Below, in pieces: positions 26,016 to 35,661 of a stretch of DNA of 64,000 nt; position 1 is the first letter of the stretch; every line of letters begins with the position of its first letter. The notes beneath the pieces were generated by a model, which saw nothing but the letters and a program-made list of their open reading frames with translations, did no database searches and was not told the origin of the DNA. The position numbers and the translations under genes are program-made. The stretch is from positions 33,657-97,656 of IMG/VR virus record IMGVR_UViG_3300020385_000008; one strand, 5' to 3'. Origin of the DNA: a virus.

Positions 26016-26666
26016 TTATAGACTGAAGAAAAAATCAGTGAAAAGATTTAATTTCTTTTCCTGTAATTCTCTTGATGTCACTAGTTTATTTATAGTAGAC
26101 CTAGCGTCCTCTACTTGCTGCTCTTTTAGGATTCCTCCACACATAACCCACTCTTTTCCTTCCATAATTCCCTGGACAAAAGCATCAGGGGCACTAGGAT
26201 CAGCTACAATATCAGCAGCAGTGGAGAGCATAAAGTCTTCTCCAACTAACTTGTAACCTTCTTTAGTCTCGGTTAATGAACCAATACCACGAGAAGAAAC
26301 ACCTAAGGTTACACCTTCACCGACCAAGCTTTTGGCAATCTTGCCCATAGGGGTTTCAAGTAGCTTTGCTTTACCGATAAAGTTATTTCCTTCTTGAGTA
26401 AGTGAAATAATTTTATGTGAAACACGGTCTAGGTTTACAGTAGGTCCGTCAGGATGACCCAGTTCTCCTAGAGCACGACCATTATTTACATACTGTTCGT
26501 TATAGCGACCAACTTCACGTGCTAAAGTATCGGTCTTATAGACACGACCATTGCGGTTCTTTTGGTTGCCTTGAAGGAAAATACCCTCGATGAACATAGA
26601 TTTTTTACCGTTAATTTCCTCAACGATAAACTCAACTGAGTTAATTTCTTCTGTAATTAGTTTCAT
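26016..26666 (-). CDS. gp21: Prohead protease
   Basis: MKLITE, NRNGRVY, ALGELGHP, GVSSRGIGS and DIVADPSAPDAFV motifs. Confidence 0.97.
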   Translation of the reverse strand: MKLITEEINSVEFIVEEINGKKSMFIEGIFLQGNQKNRNGRVYKTDTLAREVGRYNEQYVNNGRALGELGHPDGPTVNLDRVSHKIISLTQEGNNFIGKAKLLETPMGKIAKSLVGEGVTLGVSSRGIGSLTETKEGYKLVGEDFMLSTAADIVADPSAPDAFVQGIMEGKEWVMCGGILKEQQVEDARSTINKLVTSRELQEKKLNLFTDFFFSL

Positions 26667-26708
26667 CTTAGTAGTGCTTTCTCTAGTTATGTGTAATTGC
26701 TGACAAGA

Positions 26709-26879
26709 TCAGCCTTGATCTTCACCTCCCTCTTCACCTTGAAATAGGTTAGAGGCAGCGACTTGACGGAAATCATCAATTCTTTCACTACTTTTTGCGA
26801 AAAGAATATCTTTGATTTCTTGGGTTACTTCAGAAGGCGAAGAGCCTGATGCAATAGCATCAATAATGTTTGAGGACAT
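26709..26879 (-). CDS. Small acidic prohead-region protein (positional equivalent of gp67/68); start probably MSSNII
   Basis: IKDILFAKSSERID.FR..VA motif; CTAAATA promoter at 26903-26909. Confidence 0.7.
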   Translation of the reverse strand: MSSNIIDAIASGSSPSEVTQEIKDILFAKSSERIDDFRQVAASNLFQGEEGGEDQG

Positions 26880-26914
26880 AATAAAAAAAACCAAGTTAAA
26901 GTTATTTAGTAAGA

Positions 26915-28633
26915 TTAAAATTCACCTTCACCTGATTTAGGTTTTAGAATTACGTTTGGATCTGTAGGTACAATACCAGCGGCACCATCAATTGCAGTTT
27001 GATCCATAGTAGCTGCTCCTTCATCAGCCATAGGTTCTCCGCTAGCAGCAGGTAGTGGCTCACCTGTGATTGGATCTAGAGTTGATGGATCTGGGATAGT
27101 ACCATCAGCAATCTCTTTTTCAATGAGTTTATCTTGCTCTTGCATCTCACCATCAGTCTGGCGAAGAATTTTATTGCGGACAAATTCTTGTGAATAATAC
27201 TTACCAATATAAGGTTCTGCTTGAGCTAATAGATTTAGACGCTCTTGGAAGAGTTCTGTTTCTTTTAGTTCAGCAAAGTGATTGTCATATAGGAAATCAT
27301 ACTGAATATTATCCTTGATACCTTCCCAATCATCTGGGGTAATAACATTTTTTAGGATAAGTTGAGTTTTTAGTATATCACTGAATAAACCAGCAAAACG
27401 CTTGCGAAGGCGAGCAACGAACTTGGAAAATTTTACCTCGTCTCGTAAAATCTCACTAGAACGTCCCATATTGAAACCTTCATTACCGCCTGGTTGGCGT
27501 GAAGCAGGAACTCCAAGAGCTGCGTATAATTTGTTACGGAAATACTCTAGGTCAGTGATCTCACCTAGGTTTTGACCCCCAGGTAGAGTTGAAATTTCTG
27601 TTCCACGACCACCTTCACGGCGAGGGAGCCAGAAATCTTCCAACATTGACATCACTTTCTTATCATTCTTCATCTCACCAGTCTGTGCGTTATAAGTTAG
27701 TTTATTCCTATAACGACTCATTACTTGCTGTAGATATTGTTCTGCCTTTACTTTCGGCAAGTTACCTACATCAATATAAAAAATACGACGTTCTGGTGCG
27801 CGAGATAAACGATAGATTACAATCGCATCCTCAATCATTTTTAGCTGATTTACTGCTTTAATTGCTTTATGTAACCAAGATAGAACTGTTTGATCATTTC
27901 TATTGACCAGACCCGAATTGCAGTAAGCAATAGAATCTTTAGCAATTTTTATGGATGAGGTTGAACCACTCCCATAACCTGTTATGGTATTAGCTCCAGG
28001 TGTATAAACATAATACTCATCAATATCTTGACTGAAAATATTATTACGCCCTAATGGATTTCGACCACCAATATTATTTTTGGTTAGGACTTGGGAAGCC
28101 AACTCGTTAGTTGCTGCTTTATCACTAAGTTTGCGAACAAACTTGATCTTCATAGGATCAACATAACGCAAATCCATAATCCCATCTTGTGGCTTCTCAA
28201 AGTCAATAACCTTGAGAAAATGCATTCTCCCATCAATGTACCAATTACGAAAAATTTCGTGGGATCGCTTATCAAAGTCCAATAGTTCTTTGATGTACTT
28301 AAACTCCTCACGTATAATATTTTTTACTTTATCGCTAGCATTGACATTGCTCAATTCAACCTGAACAGGTGATTCATATAGATCACTGACGATTGCTTCA
28401 TTAACAATGTCTTCAATAGCACTATCCACTTCTGGATATAATGCCATCTCTCTATAGCGGCGAATTAATTCATATTCTGTCCTATAGACACCCTCAATAT
28501 CAACATATGATCCCCCAAAACCACCGGAAGCAAAATATTCAACCCCATCAGAGTTGTTATCTGGAACGGGGCTGATAGATCCAGGACGTTGGACATCAGT
28601 ATCTTCAATTGAAAAACCAAATAGCTTTCCCAT
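26915..28633 (-). CDS. gp20: Portal vertex protein
   Basis: IYRLSRAPERRIFYIDVGNLPK and EDFWLPRREGGRGTEISTLPGGQNLG motifs. Confidence 0.98.
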   Translation of the reverse strand: MGKLFGFSIEDTDVQRPGSISPVPDNNSDGVEYFASGGFGGSYVDIEGVYRTEYELIRRYREMALYPEVDSAIEDIVNEAIVSDLYESPVQVELSNVNASDKVKNIIREEFKYIKELLDFDKRSHEIFRNWYIDGRMHFLKVIDFEKPQDGIMDLRYVDPMKIKFVRKLSDKAATNELASQVLTKNNIGGRNPLGRNNIFSQDIDEYYVYTPGANTITGYGSGSTSSIKIAKDSIAYCNSGLVNRNDQTVLSWLHKAIKAVNQLKMIEDAIVIYRLSRAPERRIFYIDVGNLPKVKAEQYLQQVMSRYRNKLTYNAQTGEMKNDKKVMSMLEDFWLPRREGGRGTEISTLPGGQNLGEITDLEYFRNKLYAALGVPASRQPGGNEGFNMGRSSEILRDEVKFSKFVARLRKRFAGLFSDILKTQLILKNVITPDDWEGIKDNIQYDFLYDNHFAELKETELFQERLNLLAQAEPYIGKYYSQEFVRNKILRQTDGEMQEQDKLIEKEIADGTIPDPSTLDPITGEPLPAASGEPMADEGAATMDQTAIDGAAGIVPTDPNVILKPKSGEGEF

Positions 28634-28681
28634 AATAATAAAAATTGGGTGTATACCGTCTTACACTTATATTTAGCGCAT

Positions 28682-28708
28682 AAAAAAAGGACCCCTTTCG
28701 GGATCCCG
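28682..28708 (-). terminator. Terminator after gp19
   Basis: GGGATCCC-GAAA-GGGGTCCT followed by a T run; CTAAATA late promoter at 28670-28676. Confidence 0.8.
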
Positions 28709-28727
28709 TTTGATAATTGTGAGTGAA

Positions 28728-29324
28728 TCAGAAGATGTCCTGACCACCTGCGTTGGGTCCAATGCCCTTAATGGCTTCCCACCACTGAACTTGCATCTCT
28801 ACGGTGAACTCTTGAATGGTATCAATAGTATCGTAGTTAAGTTCGATGGTTGAGATGTTTGTTGGGAACACATCGTGGAAGCGATAGGTGCGTAGAGTAG
28901 AACCGTCGCGGTCTAGCTGATAGACATAAGCATCAGATTGATACTCTGCGGGATCCTGTGTACCTGTAGCGTCTTCCATGCGATTCATCGTGTTCATCCA
29001 GTTCTCCATTGCGGAGCGGATTGCGAAGTCGGTGTCATTTAGGACGGTGATTGTCCAGGTGTCGAAGGTTCTGTCGCCAGCAATCTTCAATGTACGACCA
29101 CGGAAGGGGACATCAATAGGGGTGATGTTTGAAGCGGGAAGTGCCGCTGCCTTAACTAGGAAGCGTGACTTCTGTAGTGTATCTGTATCGGTAGGTGCCG
29201 AGAGTGGGAATTGTAGAACAACTTCAAATAGATTGGGGCGAGCACCGCCACCAGTCATTTTTGCTTTAAAGTCGCTGATAGTCCTCAATACTGGGGATTC
29301 TACCTGAACTCTTGTACTTGCCAT
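28728..29324 (-). CDS. gp19: Tail tube protein
   Basis: GGGARPNLFEV, VPFRGR.LKIAGDRTFD.W and FPTNIS.I.L motifs. Confidence 0.96.
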   Translation of the reverse strand: MASTRVQVESPVLRTISDFKAKMTGGGARPNLFEVVLQFPLSAPTDTDTLQKSRFLVKAAALPASNITPIDVPFRGRTLKIAGDRTFDTWTITVLNDTDFAIRSAMENWMNTMNRMEDATGTQDPAEYQSDAYVYQLDRDGSTLRTYRFHDVFPTNISTIELNYDTIDTIQEFTVEMQVQWWEAIKGIGPNAGGQDIF

Positions 29325-29356
29325 TTGGGATTCTCCTTTTAGTTAGGTAGTAATAA

Positions 29357-31537
29357 TTAAACAGTGCCAACAATTTCTTCAAAACTAACACCCGTGCGAG
29401 TAGCAACGAAGGTTAGACCGATGAAGTTAATTGAACGTGTAGGCTTGACAAAGATGTCAGCAACAAACTCATTACGATCTACAACCGCAGGAGTGTTGTT
29501 TGTTTCATCACAAACCACTAGGAAGTCTGTAATTCCACGCTTCGACTTAATATCGCGAAGGAATGGCTCAACCGTATTAACGAAGTTGGTACGTGTGACC
29601 TCATCGTTGAATTCAAATAGCTGGTTGTTAGCAGCAGCAGAGATAGCATCTTCAATGTAGATGAACAAACGGCGAACGTTGATTCTATCAAATGAGGAGC
29701 TATTTGCTAGTCCAGTCTTATCACCGAATAGGGTGATACCACCAACATCATTGGAGAAAATTACTGGGTTAATGCGAGCAGAGTATAATCTGTCACGTTG
29801 AATTTGGGTTGGGTTGTATGCTAAGCGGGTTCCATTGAGGATAGCGCCACGAGTTGTACCAGCAGGAGAGAACCAAGGGAACGCAATCTGGTCAGTACGA
29901 GCACAGCATCCAGCGATGTCTCCATTAAGAGGAACATAACGGAACTTGTCTGCGAAACGATCATACATGTACTTGTATCCAGTGTCGAATACAACGAATG
30001 ATGATGAAGCAACTGTACTATAGAAACTGATTATATTACTAGTAATAATTTCAGAATCAATACTCACTTGAGCTCCAGCGGAGCTATCTGTAATTTGAGA
30101 AGAGCGATATGGGCTAATGAAAGCCATTGCATCTTTGCGTTGCTCGGCGATAGAAACAAGCTTATTTGCTAGTGACTGTGCTTCGGCTTCGCCATATGCG
30201 GCTGAACCCATTAGTAGGAAGTCAACATTGGTTTCGTCATTAGACTCAAAGTTGTCATATCCTACCGCAATGTCACCAACACTAACTTGTAGTGCTCCAA
30301 CTTGCTCAATATCAATTCCCCCATCGTAGTTTTTGCCGTTCTCTAGGATTAGTTGTAGATTTCCACAGCTAAGGAACTTGGTGTTACGAACTTGGCTATC
30401 CCAAGCACCACCAACATCAGGGATGAATGTACCATCAACGAAAGCAGTAGGTACAGTTTGTGCAGGTTGAGATCCGCCGAAGATATAACGGGATGTGTTT
30501 ACTAGGAACTTTCTCCAATAAGAAGGAGTGCCTACAGAGAATTCTGCGTCTCTACCTTTAGAAATACCGATGCTCTTCTCTAGAATAGTTCCCGCGTTTC
30601 CAGTTACTTCTCCAGTAGCATCAAAGATGACAATATGCATCTCATCGAAACGAGAGTTGCGACTACGTGCATACTCTGTTGTGGTGGGACGATTTGTTAG
30701 TGTGTTCCAGGGAAGTTCTACTCTTCCACTCTGCAATGAGACGGTCTGATCATCAAACCAATCTCTTGGAATGATTGTGTTACTAAGAGTAGTAACAACA
30801 CCTACTTGATCGCGGATAGTAAAATCGCTACCAACATAAGACCAAGTACCACCTTGCTGATACTCAACTTCTATCTCTGATCCACCTGTCGGAGTAAATG
30901 ATAGAATTTTTACTTCTAAGCTGTAGTCGGTGGCTGTTGAGGTTATGCCAGTGATAATACCCTTAAGCTCACCATCAACCAAGCTAGTTGTTCCTGCGCC
31001 TGCAGCAACTTTACTAATTTGTTGAGTAACTCCTTGACCTTGAAGTAGTGTGGCTCCATTGAGAGTAGAAATTCCAGTAAAAGTCTGATCTGCTCTACCA
31101 TCAATAAAAGCAACTTTTACACCGTTAGCCCAAGAACCTGGGTTTCTAGCAACGACGGTGTATCCAGGTATCGTATTTTCATCATATCCAAGAGCCTCAT
31201 AATCTTCTAGACTCTTAATTTTAATATCAGTTGTAGCTACACCTGCGTAGCTATTTTCAATTTTTGCGTTGTCAGAACGCACAACCTGCATAATACCACC
31301 ATATGAAAGGTATGACGCAATTGTTAGCCAACCTTCATACTGCCTATCAGTAGAAGATGGTTGACCGAAAACATCAAGTAGTTCATTTTCGCTGGCAATT
31401 AATACAGGCTCATCAACAGGTCCCCTGGCGAAGGGGGCAACAATTGCGCCGGTTTTATCAGATGAAGTTTGTACTTGACCTAGAGTTAGGTCAACTTCTC
31501 TGACTAAAACACCGGGCGATGCTAAGTTTACAGGCAT
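29357..31537 (-). CDS. gp18: Tail sheath protein
   Basis: SPGVLVREVDLT, PWFSPAG, FDRINVRRLF and KPTRSINFI.L.FVATRTG motifs; TATAAATA at 31578-31585. Confidence 0.97.
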   Translation of the reverse strand: MPVNLASPGVLVREVDLTLGQVQTSSDKTGAIVAPFARGPVDEPVLIASENELLDVFGQPSSTDRQYEGWLTIASYLSYGGIMQVVRSDNAKIENSYAGVATTDIKIKSLEDYEALGYDENTIPGYTVVARNPGSWANGVKVAFIDGRADQTFTGISTLNGATLLQGQGVTQQISKVAAGAGTTSLVDGELKGIITGITSTATDYSLEVKILSFTPTGGSEIEVEYQQGGTWSYVGSDFTIRDQVGVVTTLSNTIIPRDWFDDQTVSLQSGRVELPWNTLTNRPTTTEYARSRNSRFDEMHIVIFDATGEVTGNAGTILEKSIGISKGRDAEFSVGTPSYWRKFLVNTSRYIFGGSQPAQTVPTAFVDGTFIPDVGGAWDSQVRNTKFLSCGNLQLILENGKNYDGGIDIEQVGALQVSVGDIAVGYDNFESNDETNVDFLLMGSAAYGEAEAQSLANKLVSIAEQRKDAMAFISPYRSSQITDSSAGAQVSIDSEIITSNIISFYSTVASSSFVVFDTGYKYMYDRFADKFRYVPLNGDIAGCCARTDQIAFPWFSPAGTTRGAILNGTRLAYNPTQIQRDRLYSARINPVIFSNDVGGITLFGDKTGLANSSSFDRINVRRLFIYIEDAISAAANNQLFEFNDEVTRTNFVNTVEPFLRDIKSKRGITDFLVVCDETNNTPAVVDRNEFVADIFVKPTRSINFIGLTFVATRTGVSFEEIVGTV

Positions 31538-31611
31538 CTTTGGGGTCTCCCTATGAAAGTCCGAAATAATCTAAAAATATTTATAAAAAAACACATTTAG
31601 ACCCCCCTTTT

Positions 31612-33261
31612 CTAGCTATAGTCCCACATATAACTCATACTCCCATACTCATCAACGGTGTTCCACCTTTCCCCTTGAGCATCAACAAAACTATCATTAT
31701 CATCCATAGAACTAATGAACCCAAATGGTGCCATATCTTGTTCAATTTGGTTTTCCTTATCATTATATATTTCTTTACGGACATCATTGTCGGTCATTTC
31801 CCTAAAGTAATCTTGGGCAACACACCAGGCAAAAATAACCATACACATAGCAAGGTCATCATTACAGCCATCTTCAGCCGCAAATGAGTTATTCCTAGCA
31901 ATAAATGTAGTAAGTTCCTGAACAATATTAAAATCACAGAACTCTAATTTCTTTTCCTCCACCAGAGCCTTCAGATTAGAGCACCCGAGCTTCTTCGTGG
32001 CTACGCTCATCTTTACGCCTAATTGTGTTTTAGAGCCGCTGAAGCCCGCTCCAAGCTGCTGTCCTGCCCTTCCACGCATCGCACACATCATTACGTTGGG
32101 ATATTCCAAGTCATAGTTCAAAATAGAAGCAACTTGATCACCAATATCATTAACTTCGATGAGAACGTGAGCTTTATTATAAGATTTAGCAACTCTCTCA
32201 ATAATACTTGGGAATACCATAGGTTTGATTTCGTTGTCCCTATACTTCGCAACCACCGCATATGGGAAAGTTGTAGTATCAAATACCACGAAAGCAGAGT
32301 AGTCTTTTCCAACACCACGAGCAACGTCAGCTGTCAAAACGTATGTGTGGTCATCTTCTGGGTCTGTAAAAATATCTAATCCTTTATTTTTTGTAATTGG
32401 CTCTCTATATTCCATAGCCCTTAACGCCATTGGAGATATTAGCGTATCAACGGATCCAATGAACTCACACTCAAACTCAACCTTGAACTGTTCTTCACTC
32501 GTATTCTTAATAGTCGTCTCTTTCCACACTTCATCCCTACCAGGAACCTGTGACCAGTGAACTTCAATTGGGTTGTAATCATTCCTCCCCTTTTCAGCAT
32601 CATTCCACATTCGGTAGAAGTGGTTCATACCGTGAGGGGTAGAAACGATAATAACTTTTGTAGATTTACCAGAAGTAATCGTTGGATATACAGACGCGAA
32701 GAACTGGTCAGCAATGTTGTTTTGAACGAACGCAAATTCGTCCAAGAAAATAATGTTGAAGGACATACCACGAACAGCAGATGCTGATGTGGAAGCAGCT
32801 AAGATAGTGGAACCATTCTCAAGTTCAACAGAACCTTTGTTCCAGGAGATAATGCCGTGTTGCATCCATTGGGGTAAGTTCTCATAAGCCAACTGTAAAC
32901 GCCCAAGAATCTCTCTCGCAGTGGACGCTTTGTTAGCTAGGATGCCGATAGTAACGTTGTCGTTAAAAATTAGATAGTGTAGTAGGAATGCAACGCAAGT
33001 GGTAGACTTACCAGTCTGACGAGGCATCTTACATATAGTAAATCTCTTCTCGTGAAAGCTTTTGATTAAGTTTTCTTGAAAGTCATATAGCTTGAATGGA
33101 ATAATGCCATGGTCAAGTGATACAATCTTAATATAATTAAGTGCAAAATAAATAGGATCCGTCTTACACTTCATCAACTCCTGTACTTGCTCATATGTAA
33201 ATTGAACAGATACATTTGTTTTCTTTAGATTTGGGTTACCAAGATACTGAGTATCGGGCAT
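31612..33261 (-). CDS. gp17: Terminase large subunit
   Basis: YLGNPNLK, PRQTGKST, IIFLDEFAFV, STPHGMNHFY, DVARG and DDLAM motifs. Confidence 0.98.
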   Translation of the reverse strand: MPDTQYLGNPNLKKTNVSVQFTYEQVQELMKCKTDPIYFALNYIKIVSLDHGIIPFKLYDFQENLIKSFHEKRFTICKMPRQTGKSTTCVAFLLHYLIFNDNVTIGILANKASTAREILGRLQLAYENLPQWMQHGIISWNKGSVELENGSTILAASTSASAVRGMSFNIIFLDEFAFVQNNIADQFFASVYPTITSGKSTKVIIVSTPHGMNHFYRMWNDAEKGRNDYNPIEVHWSQVPGRDEVWKETTIKNTSEEQFKVEFECEFIGSVDTLISPMALRAMEYREPITKNKGLDIFTDPEDDHTYVLTADVARGVGKDYSAFVVFDTTTFPYAVVAKYRDNEIKPMVFPSIIERVAKSYNKAHVLIEVNDIGDQVASILNYDLEYPNVMMCAMRGRAGQQLGAGFSGSKTQLGVKMSVATKKLGCSNLKALVEEKKLEFCDFNIVQELTTFIARNNSFAAEDGCNDDLAMCMVIFAWCVAQDYFREMTDNDVRKEIYNDKENQIEQDMAPFGFISSMDDNDSFVDAQGERWNTVDEYGSMSYMWDYS

Positions 33262-33264
33262 AAT

Positions 33265-33296
33265 AAAAAAAGGCTCCTATGTTATATAGGAACCTT
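33265..33296 (-). promoter_or_regulatory. Hairpin plus U-tract immediately upstream of the gp17 start, containing AGGAG
   Basis: AAGGTTCCTAT-ATAAC-ATAGGAGCCTT-TTTTT-ATT-ATG. Confidence 0.65.
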
Positions 33297-33300
33297 AATC

Positions 33301-33615
33301 TTAGGGGGAGTTTGGAATTGGAGGTGGGTTGGGGACTATGTTATTGTCCTCATCGTACCTTACGTATGGAGGGGTTGCTATTGGGTTGTTGTTCTCATCG
33401 TGCCGCTGATATGGTTGAGGCGCAGGAGCAACATTGTTGTTCACATCATAGCGCACATAGCCAGCATTGAAATCCAAGAAATTTAAATTGGACCATCCTT
33501 CACCAGGATCACTATCATTATCAGTTGATGCGGGATTTGCTATCGGATTATTATCTTCATCAGATCTCTGATAGTAAAAATTCATTGACCCGATTCCAGC
33601 CGCATAATCAGCCAT
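33301..33615 (-). CDS. Asn/Asp/Pro-rich repeat protein
   Basis: Four Y.R.D..NN repeats; CTAAATA late promoter at 33641-33647. Confidence 0.75.
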   Translation of the reverse strand: MADYAAGIGSMNFYYQRSDEDNNPIANPASTDNDSDPGEGWSNLNFLDFNAGYVRYDVNNNVAPAPQPYQRHDENNNPIATPPYVRYDEDNNIVPNPPPIPNSP

Positions 33616-33732
33616 ATTTTTTACCTGGATAATTTAATAATATTTAGAATAAAGATGAATGCGAATAGAAAGGCAGCGCTTTCGTAGAAATGACCCATTG
33701 GGGGTTAAGAAGTATTAAAGACGCATTATATA

Positions 33733-33834
33733 TCATTCTCGGTGTATGTACATTATACCTAGTGTGGGAACCATAACAAGAATGTAGCACACTAGTCCTA
33801 GGAACCACTTATGACCTATTGCATGTATCAGCAT
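33733..33834 (-). CDS. 33-aa single-TM peptide (below the ORF-track cutoff)
   Basis: MLIHAIGHKWFLGLVCYILVMVPTLGIMYIHRE; start overlaps the stop of the upstream gene. Confidence 0.55.
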   Translation of the reverse strand: MLIHAIGHKWFLGLVCYILVMVPTLGIMYIHRE

Positions 33835-34685
33835 TTCCATTTATCTAGTGCAAGTTTTTTACGTGTGGGTTTTCCCTTCTCATCTTTGAGGGGACCTTTC
33901 ATACCCCCCATTCTAGCGCAAAATGATTTTTTGCGTGGACCACCTTCTGGCTGTGGTGCTTTTAAGTCACTGCCGGGATTCTCTCGTTCGTAGGATTTGC
34001 GTCCTCTCTCGTTAAGTCCCCCGGCTTTATTCTTTCCCTCTTTACGTTGCCAAGCAGACTCACCAACATTTTGGATATAGTCACTCTTATCAAGCTCATC
34101 TTGGGTCTTTTTGACTTTATCTAGGGCATCATAGCCATCTTTCTTGGCTTTCTCTCCCTTCTCATCCCAACTTTTCTTTCTTGCTTTGAGATTTGCTCTC
34201 ATCTTATCAGCAATAGCACCTTCGCCAATCTGCTGTTTCCAACCAGTCATTGGCTCTGGTAGGATTAGATCAGTAATTTCAGCAACTAAATTACCATCAA
34301 TGTCAAGAATCTCTACAGATTCTTTACGAGTCTTTTTTGTGGAAGTCTGCTCCTTACGCTTTTCTGCAAAATTATCAGCTAAAGCTTTGAATCTCTTTCT
34401 ATAATCTGAGTCAGTCTCAATACGAGACTTGCCTTCAGCACAAAATTCTGCGAAAGTCTTAGTTTCCTTCACACAATTAGGAACTTCTTTACCGTCTTTT
34501 TTCTTCGTGCCTTTGGCTTTATAACCATCCCAACATGTAGAAGCTCCTACATTTTTGCGAGCTGTCTTCATACTTTCGCCAATATCTAGCGTCTTTGGAT
34601 AGTCTTTACTGCCTTTTTTAGCGGGGGACTCTCCACGTTTACGTTTGGCGTGGATATTATCCCATAGACCCTTTTTCTTAGCCAT
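33828..34685 (-). CDS. Lys-rich modular protein (DUF6321-like C-terminal module), probable internal head protein
   Basis: Modules GLWDNIHAKRKR, CWDGY..VPNCVKE and AWQRKEGKNKAGGLN..SFCARMGG. Confidence 0.8.
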   Translation of the reverse strand: MAKKKGLWDNIHAKRKRGESPAKKGSKDYPKTLDIGESMKTARKNVGASTCWDGYKAKGTKKKDGKEVPNCVKETKTFAEFCAEGKSRIETDSDYRKRFKALADNFAEKRKEQTSTKKTRKESVEILDIDGNLVAEITDLILPEPMTGWKQQIGEGAIADKMRANLKARKKSWDEKGEKAKKDGYDALDKVKKTQDELDKSDYIQNVGESAWQRKEGKNKAGGLNERGRKSYERENPGSDLKAPQPEGGPRKKSFCARMGGMKGPLKDEKGKPTRKKLALDKWKC

Positions 34686-34782
34686 ATCTAATAACAGGAT
34701 TAAATAAAATAATATGAAAGGCTCAAGAACTTCATCGGCGACATAAAAAATCGCCCTTCATTATATTGCCTTTCGCATATAT

Positions 34783-35190
34783 TTAGTCGTATGTCTTTTT
34801 ACCGCCTTTAATGTAACCAGAGCCTTTGGAGTCATAGAAACGAACACCTTTTCTGATTGTAGTTGCCCTTAGCTCATCATTCTCATCTTTATACTTCTGA
34901 CGTTTTTTGGCGTCGTCAGCAGCAGCTTTGAAATTTGACAATGTTTTCTCCTTTTTTTCTCTAGATGAACCACGCATTGACTTGTCGGCATCGGAAGGTG
35001 CTTGAGGCATCCTAATGCCCTCAGACACTCCACCGCCAGCATCTCCAGCATAATCCATGTGGTCCCCATCCATATCGGTGTCGTTCATATCTCTACCATA
35101 CCATCCACTGTACCTCTTATTTCCTTTTTTGGGGGGACACTTACAGTCACTTCCCATACCTTCACACTCTTTACACTTTTGTTTAGCCAT
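34783..35190 (-). CDS. Hypothetical basic protein
   Basis: 135 aa with a Cys-rich N-terminus and GVRFYDSKGSGYIKGGK C-terminus; abuts gp16. Confidence 0.75.
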   Translation of the reverse strand: MAKQKCKECEGMGSDCKCPPKKGNKRYSGWYGRDMNDTDMDGDHMDYAGDAGGGVSEGIRMPQAPSDADKSMRGSSREKKEKTLSNFKAAADDAKKRQKYKDENDELRATTIRKGVRFYDSKGSGYIKGGKKTYD

Positions 35191-35191
35191 T

Positions 35192-35641
35192 TTAGGAATC
35201 CGTTAGTTTTTTCATCATTCCCTCTTTTATCATTTTTTGTAATTCGGTTGTAGAACCAACAAAGACGGAATTATTTGTAACATTGGTTTGGTTATTATTT
35301 ACAGTAACCGCATCCAAATCTTTAACTTTTTTCTGTAAGTCCATAAGCTTCTCTGCAACTTCTGACATACTCTTTACGCCATTAAGAGCCACTTCATAGG
35401 AGCGAGCACTTCCACCCTCTTGAGCAAGCTCTAGGGCACCTGTGACAGCCTCTTGACCTTTCTCTATGAGTGTATAAAGCTGCTGTCTAGTATATTCATA
35501 ATCTTTTTGATCATCACTAGTATCGCTGACCTCAAGATCATCATTAGAATTGGTAATCTGGGGTAGTTCAGCTTTTTTTGGTTGCTCAATAATCTCAGAC
35601 TCAATGTCTAACGCATCATCAATAGGATCAAAATTACTCAC
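35192..35641 (-). CDS. gp16: Terminase small subunit
   Basis: DYEYTR..LY.LIEKGQEA, R.YEV and NNSVFVGSTTELQKM motifs. Confidence 0.94.
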   Translation of the reverse strand: MSNFDPIDDALDIESEIIEQPKKAELPQITNSNDDLEVSDTSDDQKDYEYTRQQLYTLIEKGQEAVTGALELAQEGGSARSYEVALNGVKSMSEVAEKLMDLQKKVKDLDAVTVNNNQTNVTNNSVFVGSTTELQKMIKEGMMKKLTDS

Positions 35642-35661
35642 AGGAATACTTCTTACTAGGT

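Noticed and set aside
16078-33261. Inteins in gp46, uvsW, gp20 or gp17
   Set aside because: Lengths are ordinary and no splicing motifs were seen
33621-33698. 25-aa hydrophobic ORF MGHFYESAAFLFAFIFILNIIKLSR
   Set aside because: Very short, no SD, and it overlaps the late promoter of the next gene; cannot be told from chance
34716-34774. Fluoride riboswitch or hammerhead ribozyme identity for the structured element
   Set aside because: GGCGAU and GAUGA words are present, but the fluoride pseudoknot order and the hammerhead CUGANGA/GAAA core are not satisfied
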